Shown: piece by piece, positions 46,689 through 56,049 of the stretch
Layout: every line of letters starts with the position of its first letter
How positions within the stretch are numbered: position 1 is the first letter of the stretch
IMG/VR virus record: IMGVR_UViG_3300018080_000098
Span: 248,001 to 312,000 of that record
DNA length: 64,000 nucleotides
Direction: 5' to 3' (one strand)
Translations under genes and position numbers: made by a program
Notes under the pieces: model-generated
What the model was told of the DNA's origin: nothing
What the model saw: the letters and a program-made list of their open reading frames with translations, nothing else
Database searches by the model: none

Positions 46689-48071
46689 TTGTCCAAGGGA
46701 AGCAGGTACACAATGCTGGGAACGATCCGAGTACGTCTCACCTCCGTGCTAGAGCGGGCACGTATCCTTTCAAAGATCCAAGATTTAGCAAGAGTTTTGG
46801 CACGTTACGTATGCCGACTCATAGGAGCGCGAATATTCAGGCACGAGATCCGGGGGATACTTTCAGAGTATGACAATGCTCAGAAAGAGGTCCTTGATCT
46901 GAAGGAAGACCTGGACAATTCGGTACGGAAGAACCGGTTGTTCAGGGCTATACACGAGCTAGCTGGAACGGTATTTTCCTCGCCTTCTGAAGTAGTTAGC
47001 ACAGCAACTCGATATGGTGTAGATGGGGATGACGTGTGGTTTCTTTACGCAGCGTTATCAGAGGATGATGTTAGTGAGATAGCGTCGTTTGTTCTATCGG
47101 AGAGCGACTACTCGGACGAAGAAGTTCTACAAATATTGAAGGATACGTCGTACTTGGCGCGGCGTTTAGTACATCGGAAGTTGTGGTTTATTTTGGCTCA
47201 CGATCCGATGTTTGAGAGTGCGGAGGATCTGGTTGGGGAGCTGCATGTAGCGGTGTTGCGAGTGATCCGGGAGTACGAGGTACAGTGCACAACAAGTGCG
47301 CACATGACAGCTAGGGTAGCGAAGTCTGTGAAGAACGAAGCTATCAATCTGGTGGAAAAGCATGGACGGGAGAAACGTCGGGTGGTGGGGCGTGTACGGG
47401 AAAGTCGAGCTCAGCGGGTGTTGTACCATTTGGATGTGCAGAGTGGGGTGGTAACGGAGGTGGAGGTATTTGCGCATCGGGAGCTTCGGCAGGTACGGGG
47501 TGGAAACGTATTGGTAGCGGTGCGAAATTTGACAACGCGTGAGTGGATGGTGGTGCACCACAAGCGGCTGTACGAATCGATGGAGGAGGCGGAACACGCG
47601 CGTTCTTTGCGGCTAGCTGGTAGGCGCAGCAAGCGGGCACGGTACGCAGACCTGGCTCCTCAGGACATTGACGACTTCCAGCTGAACGTGTTATCTATCG
47701 ATGTGATGGACGAACGTCAAGGAGCTCGTCCTTTCGCGGAGACGTGTGCAGCGGAGGAGCGTACGTGGAAGCTGGACGACGGGCAGCGGCGGGAAGACAT
47801 TCTGAAGAGCATCAGTCCGCGCAGCCGTCCATTCGTGGAGCTCGTGTTCGAGTCTGCGGTGGACGAGCTTTTCGACGCGTGGTGTGAGGACCACGGGTAC
47901 AATACGGCTACCTTCGACCTGGCGAAAATGGGCCGCGTAGCATGTCGGTACTTACGTGTGACGAAGCAGCAGCTGCGGAAAGACCTAGCCGATACTCCGG
48001 CTGCACTGTGGAGCGATCAGCAGATTGACTTGATTCTAGACCACACTTCTGGTACAACGGTTGACAACTAA
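46689..48071 (+). CDS. possible sigma-factor-like protein
   Basis: EDLVGELHVAVLRVIREYE..VAKSVKNEAINLVEK resembles sigma region 2. Confidence 0.35.
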   Translation: MSKGSRYTMLGTIRVRLTSVLERARILSKIQDLARVLARYVCRLIGARIFRHEIRGILSEYDNAQKEVLDLKEDLDNSVRKNRLFRAIHELAGTVFSSPSEVVSTATRYGVDGDDVWFLYAALSEDDVSEIASFVLSESDYSDEEVLQILKDTSYLARRLVHRKLWFILAHDPMFESAEDLVGELHVAVLRVIREYEVQCTTSAHMTARVAKSVKNEAINLVEKHGREKRRVVGRVRESRAQRVLYHLDVQSGVVTEVEVFAHRELRQVRGGNVLVAVRNLTTREWMVVHHKRLYESMEEAEHARSLRLAGRRSKRARYADLAPQDIDDFQLNVLSIDVMDERQGARPFAETCAAEERTWKLDDGQRREDILKSISPRSRPFVELVFESAVDELFDAWCEDHGYNTATFDLAKMGRVACRYLRVTKQQLRKDLADTPAALWSDQQIDLILDHTSGTTVDN

Positions 48072-48972
48072 AGCACCGAGAATTCACCGACGCCTTTGCG
48101 AATGGTGTAACAGATTCTACAGCGGCCCTACGGGTACACGGTGCACCTGTGGAAGCATGGGACGGATTTTTACCCGCCCTTTCGGCTCAGCTAAACGGGA
48201 CAGACTTATGGATCACATACCTTTCAACCACACCTTTTTCCACATCGCTACGGTGACTCCTAATTGGGAACCCTACGACCCGAACGACCCAGGTTTTCCT
48301 CACCCCGTGCACCATCAACCTATAGGTGCTAGCCTTCTTCGCTTGACCAAGGAGAAGGACGAAGATGGGGAAGCCCAAGTTGCGGTCACCATCACCTCGA
48401 AGGTCATCAAGAACCTCGAGCAGGAGGAGCGAGGTCTGGTAGCTGCCTTCTTCGAGAAAGTACCAGGGGAAACCTCCTTCCTGGTGTCGTTCAACGGGCG
48501 CTCCTTCGCCCTTCCTGTGATGGTCTACCGAGCTCTGAGGCACGGTGTGAACGCGTCCAAGTACCTCCAGGAACAGGAAGTGTTCACCGCGCGCTACTCG
48601 TCGCAACACGTCGACTTGGCGGACTTCCTCTCGGGCTACGGAACACTCGCCCAAGATGGGGCGTCTCTATCCCTCTACGCGCAGATGCTCGGGCTTGCCA
48701 AGCGCCCCTACCTCAAGGTAGAGGAAGCCTTCCAGAAGGGTCAAACAGACGCCATTAAGGAACGTTTGGAGGTGGACGTCCTGATTATGGCAGCCATCTT
48801 CTTCCGGCTCCTACTTTCACAAGGGCGCCTTACTCTGGATAGCTTTCGAGCTGTATCCAAACTCACTCTGCGTAAATATTTCGATCAGAACGATCTGGCT
48901 GCCAAGTACCTCGAAGACTCAAACATTACTGAGTACTTCCGAGGTGGCGTACCAGCTGAGAAGAAAAAATGA
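48061..48972 (+). CDS. PolB-type 3'-5' exonuclease-like protein, degenerate
   Basis: LVSFNGRSFALPV..RAL..G, RYS..HVDL.D.LS.YG, SL..YA..LG. Confidence 0.65.
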   Translation: MTTKAPRIHRRLCEWCNRFYSGPTGTRCTCGSMGRIFTRPFGSAKRDRLMDHIPFNHTFFHIATVTPNWEPYDPNDPGFPHPVHHQPIGASLLRLTKEKDEDGEAQVAVTITSKVIKNLEQEERGLVAAFFEKVPGETSFLVSFNGRSFALPVMVYRALRHGVNASKYLQEQEVFTARYSSQHVDLADFLSGYGTLAQDGASLSLYAQMLGLAKRPYLKVEEAFQKGQTDAIKERLEVDVLIMAAIFFRLLLSQGRLTLDSFRAVSKLTLRKYFDQNDLAAKYLEDSNITEYFRGGVPAEKKK

Positions 48973-49211
48973 CCCCAGACAACGCACCTGCTACTGAACC
49001 ACGAGCAGCCGCGAAATCCTCCACTCGGAAGAGGAAGTCTACTCGTAAGTCGCTCAAAATTTCGCACGACCCAGAAGAGTGCAGTCACACCATCTTTCGC
49101 TACACACCCAAACGAGCTCGTCAAATCTGTGTATCCTGCAAGTCCGTGCGTCGTATTAGCATCAAAGCAGACAACACCGCCACCGTAGGTCCGTGGCGCC
49201 CACCTGCGTAG
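48969..49211 (+). CDS. hypothetical protein
   Basis: ATGA overlap; last + strand gene. Confidence 0.45.
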   Translation: MTPDNAPATEPRAAAKSSTRKRKSTRKSLKISHDPEECSHTIFRYTPKRARQICVSCKSVRRISIKADNTATVGPWRPPA

Positions 49212-49238
49212 AATTGCTGTTGTAAGAAGGAGGGGGAT

Positions 49239-49754
49239 TTAGCGCAGGTCTGCGTTGGCGCAGCTCTGCTCGAACTCGCGGGCTGTCGTCCAGTGATCCA
49301 GACAGGCAGCGCACTGAACACTACCATCGGGCTGCTTGTCGAAGAGAGCTCCCGTTCTGCAGGTGGGGCACTCGAGGCAATCCTGGCAGATAGCGGGCTC
49401 GTCGGTGCCCAGTCTGCTCCAGGCGGTCCTGTGAGGATGGTACACGTCTTTACCGCACACCCGGCAAATGGGGGCAGCTTCCGCGTACGCTTTGTGGATA
49501 ACCTCTCGGTCGAGCTCGAGGCGCGTGCGCCAACGAGCTTGACATTTCGTGCACCGTACCGCGGTCAGCTTCTGCTTCGTGGCCACACAGATGTAGGGTT
49601 CTGTCTGGAAGCACTCCTCAGCGGGGGTGCCACACTCAGGGCAGCTGTGGCAGCTGCGACAAACGGAGACGCTGTAGAAGCTGATACTGTGTATCCGATG
49701 GCACACAGCGCATTCACCCTGGATTGATTCTTTGACTTGTCCGTAATCTTGCAT
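49239..49754 (-). CDS. Cys-rich multi-zinc-finger protein
   Basis: About eight CxxC pairs; GGAGG RBS. Confidence 0.6.
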   Translation of the reverse strand: MQDYGQVKESIQGECAVCHRIHSISFYSVSVCRSCHSCPECGTPAEECFQTEPYICVATKQKLTAVRCTKCQARWRTRLELDREVIHKAYAEAAPICRVCGKDVYHPHRTAWSRLGTDEPAICQDCLECPTCRTGALFDKQPDGSVQCAACLDHWTTAREFEQSCANADLR

Positions 49755-49812
49755 GAGTCACCTCCGCTACCGTCCCCTTCAATTTAACAACTCGGCTGTA
49801 CTTTGTCAAGTA

Positions 49813-51207
49813 TTAGTTGAGATCTGACGAAGAGGGTGCGGAATTCCAGAGGGGTCTCCAGCCTGCCAGTTTTTGCTTCAGCATTTCTTCCTGAATATGA
49901 TTCAGGCTCATTGTGAGTGCTTCGTGGAGCTCGGAGCGTCCTGTTGCGAAGGGCGCGGTGACGTCGTCCGTTTCCATGCTTTCCACCACTTCGAGGGACT
50001 CCTCGACGTAGCGTTTGGCGACTACCAGGTTGCCGTATCGATTCATGAGTACGGACATGTTGCTCAGCGCTGCCACGAGGCTGGATTTGTGTTGGTCGGA
50101 TTGCTCTGCGAGTTTTCTGCTTCGTGTGATGGCACGTCGGAATGTTTCTTGCGCTTCTACAAGGTTGCCTTGCACGCCGTGTACGATACCCAGCTCGTTC
50201 ATGTAATTGGTGTGTTGGTCCTGAAAGTAGGTGTTCAGAGGGACCTTATCCATTGCTACTGAGCACCACTTCATTGCGTAGTGGAAGTTTTCGCGGGCGT
50301 CGTCCCACGATTCCGCTACACTGTAAAGCTCTGCTTTCTTGTGGAAGGCTACGCTGGCAAGGAAGGCACCTTTGGCGGTGATTTTTCTTTTGGGGATGGT
50401 AGTGACCCGATGGATTGCTTCCTCCACCATTTGGATGCACTTTCTGTGTTTATCTCTCATCATGAGTACCTCGGCGTAACCGAGGAGCGCTGCTACGTGG
50501 TCAATTGAGTTAAGCTTGTGGCTTTTTACTAGTGTTGAATAGAGTTCGTCAGCCAGCCCAACAGCTGCTCCTACTCGTGGCTCATCTTCATCATCGTGGA
50601 ATATTCGTGCTAGTAGCCACGCACTAGGTGCAGCTCTTTTAGTGATTCGCAGTTCCACGTAATCAGGGTCGTCGGTTTCGTACGTCTTTTTGAATGCTTC
50701 TACACCAGCGGCCACATCCAGGATGGAGATAAGGTTGTGTTGTGCAAACTTGTATTCCTTCATCGTGTTCAGTGCGAGAGCAATATGGAACAGGAAATCC
50801 AGGCCAGCCTCTACGTAATGGAAGGGTGCGTTATCTATGTCTGTATGTTTTTTCAATATTTGGAAGGCTCCTCCCAGCAGCGCGAGGGATGCCATTGGGT
50901 CTTCATAGACCATCCCATAGCATTCCTTTTCTAGGAAGAGCTGTTTGATGAACAAAGAGTATTGTAGCTCATCCTCTTCACGAAGTCCTTCCGGCGGGTA
51001 GTTCGTGAATATGTAAAGGAGGTCGCTTGTTTGTTTGGACTGGCGCATCCCGGTTGAGATCTCTTCGAACTCGTTGAGTGTAGCTATCGCTACTGAGACG
51101 TATTCCGCGTTGTAACCTTTGGGAAGGTTATCCCGCAGACCTACCAGGATAGAATGTACAAGGCGTGCGTTTGGCATTGGTGTTTGCATAACAGCAGTTA
51201 TACTCAT
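49813..51207 (-). CDS. TPR-repeat protein
   Basis: NELGIVH..G.L.EA...F.RA and LSNM..L....G....A....EESL repeats. Confidence 0.65.
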   Translation of the reverse strand: MSITAVMQTPMPNARLVHSILVGLRDNLPKGYNAEYVSVAIATLNEFEEISTGMRQSKQTSDLLYIFTNYPPEGLREEDELQYSLFIKQLFLEKECYGMVYEDPMASLALLGGAFQILKKHTDIDNAPFHYVEAGLDFLFHIALALNTMKEYKFAQHNLISILDVAAGVEAFKKTYETDDPDYVELRITKRAAPSAWLLARIFHDDEDEPRVGAAVGLADELYSTLVKSHKLNSIDHVAALLGYAEVLMMRDKHRKCIQMVEEAIHRVTTIPKRKITAKGAFLASVAFHKKAELYSVAESWDDARENFHYAMKWCSVAMDKVPLNTYFQDQHTNYMNELGIVHGVQGNLVEAQETFRRAITRSRKLAEQSDQHKSSLVAALSNMSVLMNRYGNLVVAKRYVEESLEVVESMETDDVTAPFATGRSELHEALTMSLNHIQEEMLKQKLAGWRPLWNSAPSSSDLN

Positions 51208-51225
51208 AAGTAGCTAAGAAGTCAA

Positions 51226-51858
51226 CTACTTCGGCATCCATATCTTTTGTTTCCAGAGGATAGTGCTTTTCTTGTTTCGGTGCAGGACGTTCCAGAGCAG
51301 TGTACTATCTATGTCTAGTTGCAGTTTGTCTATAGGTATTTGGACGCCGCCTGTAAGTACCTGGACGCCACCTACAAGCTGTTTCTTATTCCAGTCTTCC
51401 TTGACGTTATTCAGCTGTATCCCATGACGGGTTGCGGCTGCTTTTACATTTTCCCACCCCTTCTTGGCGAGTGTAAGCGCTTCTTCTTTTGTGACGTGTA
51501 CCGCCAGTGACATGACCCCATTTTTACCTTGGAGCGCCCAAGATCCGTCTTCGATAGCGACGTATTCCTTCATCTGGATGATGACTGCTTCTCGTAGCAG
51601 GTTAACAGAATCTTGCGCGGTCTCTTTCGCGATGTCTTTGACGAGGCCCTGCTTGAGCGCTTTGTTCATGAGCGCTATCGTGGGAGGGGCCATGTTGTCC
51701 ACTGGTTTGAAGTTCGTTTCTATCCAGTACTGAGGATGGACAACAACTTCTACACCTGCATGTGAAGGATGTTCCTCTTCAAGGAGCGGAGAGGGGGATG
51801 CAGCATTCTGCTTTCCGCGCAATCGAGCTAATATATTTGAAAGTACTTTCCCAACCAT
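51226..51858 (-). CDS. hypothetical protein
   Basis: ORF in the - strand operon. Confidence 0.55.
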   Translation of the reverse strand: MVGKVLSNILARLRGKQNAASPSPLLEEEHPSHAGVEVVVHPQYWIETNFKPVDNMAPPTIALMNKALKQGLVKDIAKETAQDSVNLLREAVIIQMKEYVAIEDGSWALQGKNGVMSLAVHVTKEEALTLAKKGWENVKAAATRHGIQLNNVKEDWNKKQLVGGVQVLTGGVQIPIDKLQLDIDSTLLWNVLHRNKKSTILWKQKIWMPK

Positions 51859-51861
51859 CAG

Positions 51862-52242
51862 CTACACACGATAACCTTTGCCAGTAGTCTTCTCTTCAAT
51901 ATTATTCAGAATGCTTTCGCACGTATCACTGATGAACACGTCGATGGCTTCCTTTAGCGACAGTGCTGGTCGCATACGTTCTGCGAGCACCTTCATCTTT
52001 TCTGGGCTAGCTTCCTGCTTTTTCATCACCTGAAGAGACATCATGATTGCGGTCGAGTGGTTCGCCAACTTCTCTGCAATCTCCAGGATGGGAGCGAGCT
52101 CCTGCAGGTCAGCTATCAACGCTTTGATGTTGTGGCACTTGGGGTCAATTTTCGTTTGCCACTTTGTTGTCTTCTCGGGAGGAGGCCCAAGGGGGTTGTC
52201 AACACTTCCAGGTTCAGCTGCACTTCGTTTGTCGTTTGCCAT
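51862..52242 (-). CDS. hypothetical protein
   Basis: GAGGTG RBS. Confidence 0.55.
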   Translation of the reverse strand: MANDKRSAAEPGSVDNPLGPPPEKTTKWQTKIDPKCHNIKALIADLQELAPILEIAEKLANHSTAIMMSLQVMKKQEASPEKMKVLAERMRPALSLKEAIDVFISDTCESILNNIEEKTTGKGYRV

Positions 52243-52299
52243 GATTTCACCTCTCTACGTATTTTACAAGATACGGATTGGGGGATACACGGGGGTAGA

Positions 52300-52971
52300 T
52301 TAGTCGGAACTTTCTATTGTTCTGGCATCGATTAGCTTCTCTAAACGGTCACATTCATTGAGTAATTTTATATCGTCGTCTTTGTGGCGGTCCAGATACG
52401 CTCGAGCTTCCTCCAGCATTTCTTTGAGGTTTTCGATAGTTCCAGTGTTCTGTTTGAGCGTCCACCCTACTAAGAAAATAAGTACGTTTGCTGCGTCACG
52501 ATACTTCTCTATGACCTTGAATGCGTCGATAGCAGCTTGCATGTACCATCCAGCTTCCTGCACGTTCATTTCAGTGGAGTAGCTGTCGAGTGCGTTGATG
52601 TACTGTCTTCCTTCTCGGTACAACGTTAACGCGATTCCAGGCATTGCTTTCCGAATAGCTTCTTCTCGGAGCTCATCTACGCGCTGCTTCACTCGGGTCC
52701 GTGCTCGTGCGGAAGGAGACTCCTTTGGGGGAGCTCGCTTCTTCACCCTTTGGGCTACAGCGCGTCTGCGCTGTTTAGCCTTTTGAGCTCGGGGGCGTCT
52801 TGGAGGGCCCACTCGAGGCTTCACTGCTGGTACCAGGTCTTCCACTTCTTCCCCGTCGGAGTTTCCTTCTTCGATTAGAGAGGGCTCGTCTGATGTGACA
52901 ATACCACCGAGGAAGGCCAAACGGTTACCCCAAGCGGCTTCTTGGGGGTCTTTTTTACGCTTCTTCGTCAC
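52300..52971 (-). CDS. hypothetical protein
   Basis: ORF in the operon. Confidence 0.55.
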   Translation of the reverse strand: MTKKRKKDPQEAAWGNRLAFLGGIVTSDEPSLIEEGNSDGEEVEDLVPAVKPRVGPPRRPRAQKAKQRRRAVAQRVKKRAPPKESPSARARTRVKQRVDELREEAIRKAMPGIALTLYREGRQYINALDSYSTEMNVQEAGWYMQAAIDAFKVIEKYRDAANVLIFLVGWTLKQNTGTIENLKEMLEEARAYLDRHKDDDIKLLNECDRLEKLIDARTIESSD

Positions 52972-53548
52972 TGTACGGAATGGTGCTAAGGAGGTGGAAG
53001 GGTTTCTTTACCTGGTGGTCGTACTGGGCTGCGGTTTCCAAAGCGGTAAGCATAGGTTCCGCTGGACTGGGGAGGTTAGGTGCAGTTCTAGCTTTCTCTA
53101 GGATGGTGAGCGCTCCTTGTGCTACCCAGCCGCCGGACCCGATGGCGACGACTTGCGGCTCCGCTACTTCGAGCCAGCAATCCTTGTCGACGATGAGGTA
53201 CATGCTTCCGTTCATCCCTACCAAGATAGCGCTTCCGTCGTCGGAGTGGCGGTTGAAACTTTTCCACAGACTAGCTTTTTCCAGGATACTGGTAAGGAGC
53301 GTTTTAACGTACGAGAATGTGACCGACTTCTCGAGTGTTTCTTCAGCCAGCTCATCGTGAAGTGTGCATAGTACTGCAGCGTCTCCGGTAACTCCGATGA
53401 GGACTTGCTCATCGTTGCCTTCGATAGGAACGGTGATGATTTTTCTGGGGGACTTGGCTTCCCAGACAGCTCCGTCGGACAGGGTGAAGGCAGAGTCACA
53501 CCCCATGTAAACGACGCCATTGTTCTGCAATGCTACGATACAGCTCAA
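52955..53548 (-). CDS. Ntn-hydrolase, HslV/proteasome-beta-like protein
   Basis: SCIVAL..VYMGCDS, K, IGVTG, AIGSGG..A.GAL. Confidence 0.7.
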   Translation of the reverse strand: MSCIVALQNNGVVYMGCDSAFTLSDGAVWEAKSPRKIITVPIEGNDEQVLIGVTGDAAVLCTLHDELAEETLEKSVTFSYVKTLLTSILEKASLWKSFNRHSDDGSAILVGMNGSMYLIVDKDCWLEVAEPQVVAIGSGGWVAQGALTILEKARTAPNLPSPAEPMLTALETAAQYDHQVKKPFHLLSTIPYSDEEA

Positions 53549-54117
53549 TCGAGCACCTCCTCTTGTGTTTGCCGGGCCTCTCGAAGGCCACCAATTTTGT
53601 CCATTACCACTTCTTCTACCATCTTGTGAACTCGCTGGTAGCTGTCATCTGCTACGCTTTTCCGCCATTCATTCACAATATGCGGAAGCATGTGTAGTAG
53701 CACGTATTTGTTGTGTACGTCAAGATCAGATGGTGAAGCCATTCTTGCAGTACTGAGTGGGGGCGACTCCTCCAAATGGATGTTTATTTGTGGCGCACCT
53801 TTGCTGTCGAAAGTAAATGACATACATTTAATCTCGTTGAAGAACCTGGATTGCCGATGAAGGTTTCGATGTAAAGATTGGTCGGCGGGCGCTGCGGCTA
53901 GTGCATCCAGTACTTCATCTGAATTCGTTGGGACGATCGCTCGAGCTTTCTTCCCTTCAGCTTGCATCTCTTCGTGCACCTCGTTGAGCGCTTCGTTCAG
54001 CTCTTTCGAGATGATTTGGGAGAGTGTAGGGGACGTATTCAGCGTTGTCACGAGGATAGTCGCTGAGAATTTCTTGATGAAGCGAGCTTCGAGGTCGACG
54101 TTTTTATTTTTGGCCAC
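53545..54117 (-). CDS. hypothetical protein
   Basis: Overlapping operon packing. Confidence 0.55.
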   Translation of the reverse strand: MAKNKNVDLEARFIKKFSATILVTTLNTSPTLSQIISKELNEALNEVHEEMQAEGKKARAIVPTNSDEVLDALAAAPADQSLHRNLHRQSRFFNEIKCMSFTFDSKGAPQINIHLEESPPLSTARMASPSDLDVHNKYVLLHMLPHIVNEWRKSVADDSYQRVHKMVEEVVMDKIGGLREARQTQEEVLD

Positions 54118-54463
54118 GATCGACGATCTCCTTGCATGATAGGTAGCCGATAGCTTCCATCATAGCGATTAGCCGCACAGCTTCTGAGGCGATGCTTACC
54201 GCTACCTGGTTGTCTTCGTGGCTTTTGAGGATCTCGGCCACTTCGAGGAGGATATCTTTCCCGAGGAGGTCGTGGAGCGCTTGCCCCATGGTGACCACTC
54301 CAAAGAGGAAAGAGTTGTCTTGTGCAGCGAGCAGTGTCTGCAGCTCCTTTGGAATAAGGGGAAGGAGTTGTTGGACACGTTCCAGGTTGGGTGCTTCCTT
54401 GACGACCTGTTGTGCGTACTCGAGGTCGAGGGGAGGAAGATTATCTTGGGGTGTAGAATCCAT
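54104..54463 (-). CDS. hypothetical protein
   Basis: ATG at 54463 after an AGGA RBS. Confidence 0.5.
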   Translation of the reverse strand: MDSTPQDNLPPLDLEYAQQVVKEAPNLERVQQLLPLIPKELQTLLAAQDNSFLFGVVTMGQALHDLLGKDILLEVAEILKSHEDNQVAVSIASEAVRLIAMMEAIGYLSCKEIVDRGQK

Positions 54464-54473
54464 GGTTGTCCTA

Positions 54474-54713
54474 CTAATTTTGCTTGTGGTGTTTGTTCCA
54501 TAGGAGAATTGGTGGAGTGCCAAGCAGCGCAAAGGTTGTTACGAACGCTGCAAAGCTGGCCAACATTCCTACACTTGCTGCTACGGGTTCAAGGTAGTAG
54601 TCTCCTACTAGCTGTGCTTTGATGTACGACTTGAGCGGCAGTGTGAGGAAGAGGCTCAGAAAGAGTGCGGCAGCTCCTCCAACGGCGCCCATGATGGAAG
54701 CCGTTCTACTCAT
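54474..54713 (-). CDS. small membrane protein
   Basis: Two hydrophobic helices. Confidence 0.55.
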   Translation of the reverse strand: MSRTASIMGAVGGAAALFLSLFLTLPLKSYIKAQLVGDYYLEPVAASVGMLASFAAFVTTFALLGTPPILLWNKHHKQN

Positions 54714-55221
54714 CAGAGCTTTCCTCTTTTTCTGCGTCCTCTCGGTCGGTCATGACGTTAGCCGCCATCCAACCTACACCTTCGACTACAGAGGAAACGG
54801 TGATGATGAGGCGGTCGGTGGGGTACTGTAGCTGTTCGCCGTTTATCTGGCTTCCGGGAGTGACCACACCTCTGGCTTGCTGTAGGGTAATGAGGCGTCT
54901 GCGGACATCGTCGAGTAGTGCTTTGAGACCGATGTCGTGGGCGCATTGAATGCCATTCAGAAAGCCCAGAACGAAGTCGTCGGGCTGCTCTTCCAGCATC
55001 TCTTTGATGCCTGTAGGCAGTTGGAGGATAATAGCTCGTGCTTGTGCTGTGTGATGCCATCCTTCAGCTACTTTACGGGCGAAGTCCATCCCGAGGGGCT
55101 GCATTTTTACCTTGGGTGGCTTTCCGTCTGCATCATCCGTCGCTGGTGCGGGTTTTTCATCTCCAGCCATTGTGTTGTTCCTTTCACCTGTGACTCTATC
55201 TTTTTTGCTTTCCAGTGTCAA
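54706..55221 (-). CDS. hypothetical protein
   Basis: ORF in the operon; start uncertain. Confidence 0.5.
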   Translation of the reverse strand: MTLESKKDRVTGERNNTMAGDEKPAPATDDADGKPPKVKMQPLGMDFARKVAEGWHHTAQARAIILQLPTGIKEMLEEQPDDFVLGFLNGIQCAHDIGLKALLDDVRRRLITLQQARGVVTPGSQINGEQLQYPTDRLIITVSSVVEGVGWMAANVMTDREDAEKEESSDE

Positions 55222-55543
55222 GCTTGTTTGTCGACTTTTCTTTGCTAGCGTTAAGGAATCGTTTGAGTTTTTGCTTCAATTGCATCCATTTTAAAGGATT
55301 TCGTTTAGCTTGTGCTGCCCAGCGCCTGTAGTTTCGTGAAATATACGTGAGAATACCTATTCCGTTATCTTTTGGTAGTGTTTTTGTGTGCATGATAGCT
55401 ACTGCATCTTTTTGCTGTTGGGCAATGCGGTGAAGGTGATCTTTTTCACCCGCGTGCAGTTGCAGTAGACCGATTGCTGTGATAACAACCGTAACCAGGA
55501 TAAAGCTGCTCCTGAGAGCGAGCTCAAGCTTTCTTTTGGGCAT
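55196..55543 (-). CDS. membrane-anchored hypothetical protein
   Basis: N-terminal TM helix. Confidence 0.5.
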   Translation of the reverse strand: MPKRKLELALRSSFILVTVVITAIGLLQLHAGEKDHLHRIAQQQKDAVAIMHTKTLPKDNGIGILTYISRNYRRWAAQAKRNPLKWMQLKQKLKRFLNASKEKSTNKLDTGKQKR

Positions 55544-55790
55544 CAGGAAGCAGCTGCGCGACTAGTTTAACGAAAACGGGAAGAGGAATCAGCCGACGGG
55601 AGCGCCCGGAGAGGCCACGAGATAGGTGGTCGATTTGGTCTTCTTCAATCTGCACCGAGACCAGGATTCTGGTTGGGTCTTCTTGGAATACTTCTTCTAC
55701 TGTGACCACATTGCGCTCTATCAATGCGTCAAACGCGTCTGAGTGGACGACGATTAGCTCTGGAGAGGGTATTTTTGTGGAACCGGACAT
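55524..55790 (-). CDS. hypothetical protein
   Basis: ORF in the operon. Confidence 0.5.
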   Translation of the reverse strand: MSGSTKIPSPELIVVHSDAFDALIERNVVTVEEVFQEDPTRILVSVQIEEDQIDHLSRGLSGRSRRLIPLPVFVKLVAQLLPDAQKKA

Positions 55791-56049
55791 GCGACTACCT
55801 TCAAGCTGTTTGCGAAAAGCTAACTACTCTGCGAGTCTTCTTCTATTTTACAGTTTGACCTTCGGAAGTAGAGTTCGAGCACGGTGCCGACCGCGGCCAC
55901 CGCGAGCACCGTAAAAAACCAACCTTCGGGGACAAACCAGGGATTGGTCGGGGTGAGCTTCGCGCACACCGCGAGAAACAGGAGGAACGCGAGGAGAACT
56001 CCGGCAGCGTACGCGGTAATGGCAACGCAAAGAAATCGAAGAACCGCTA

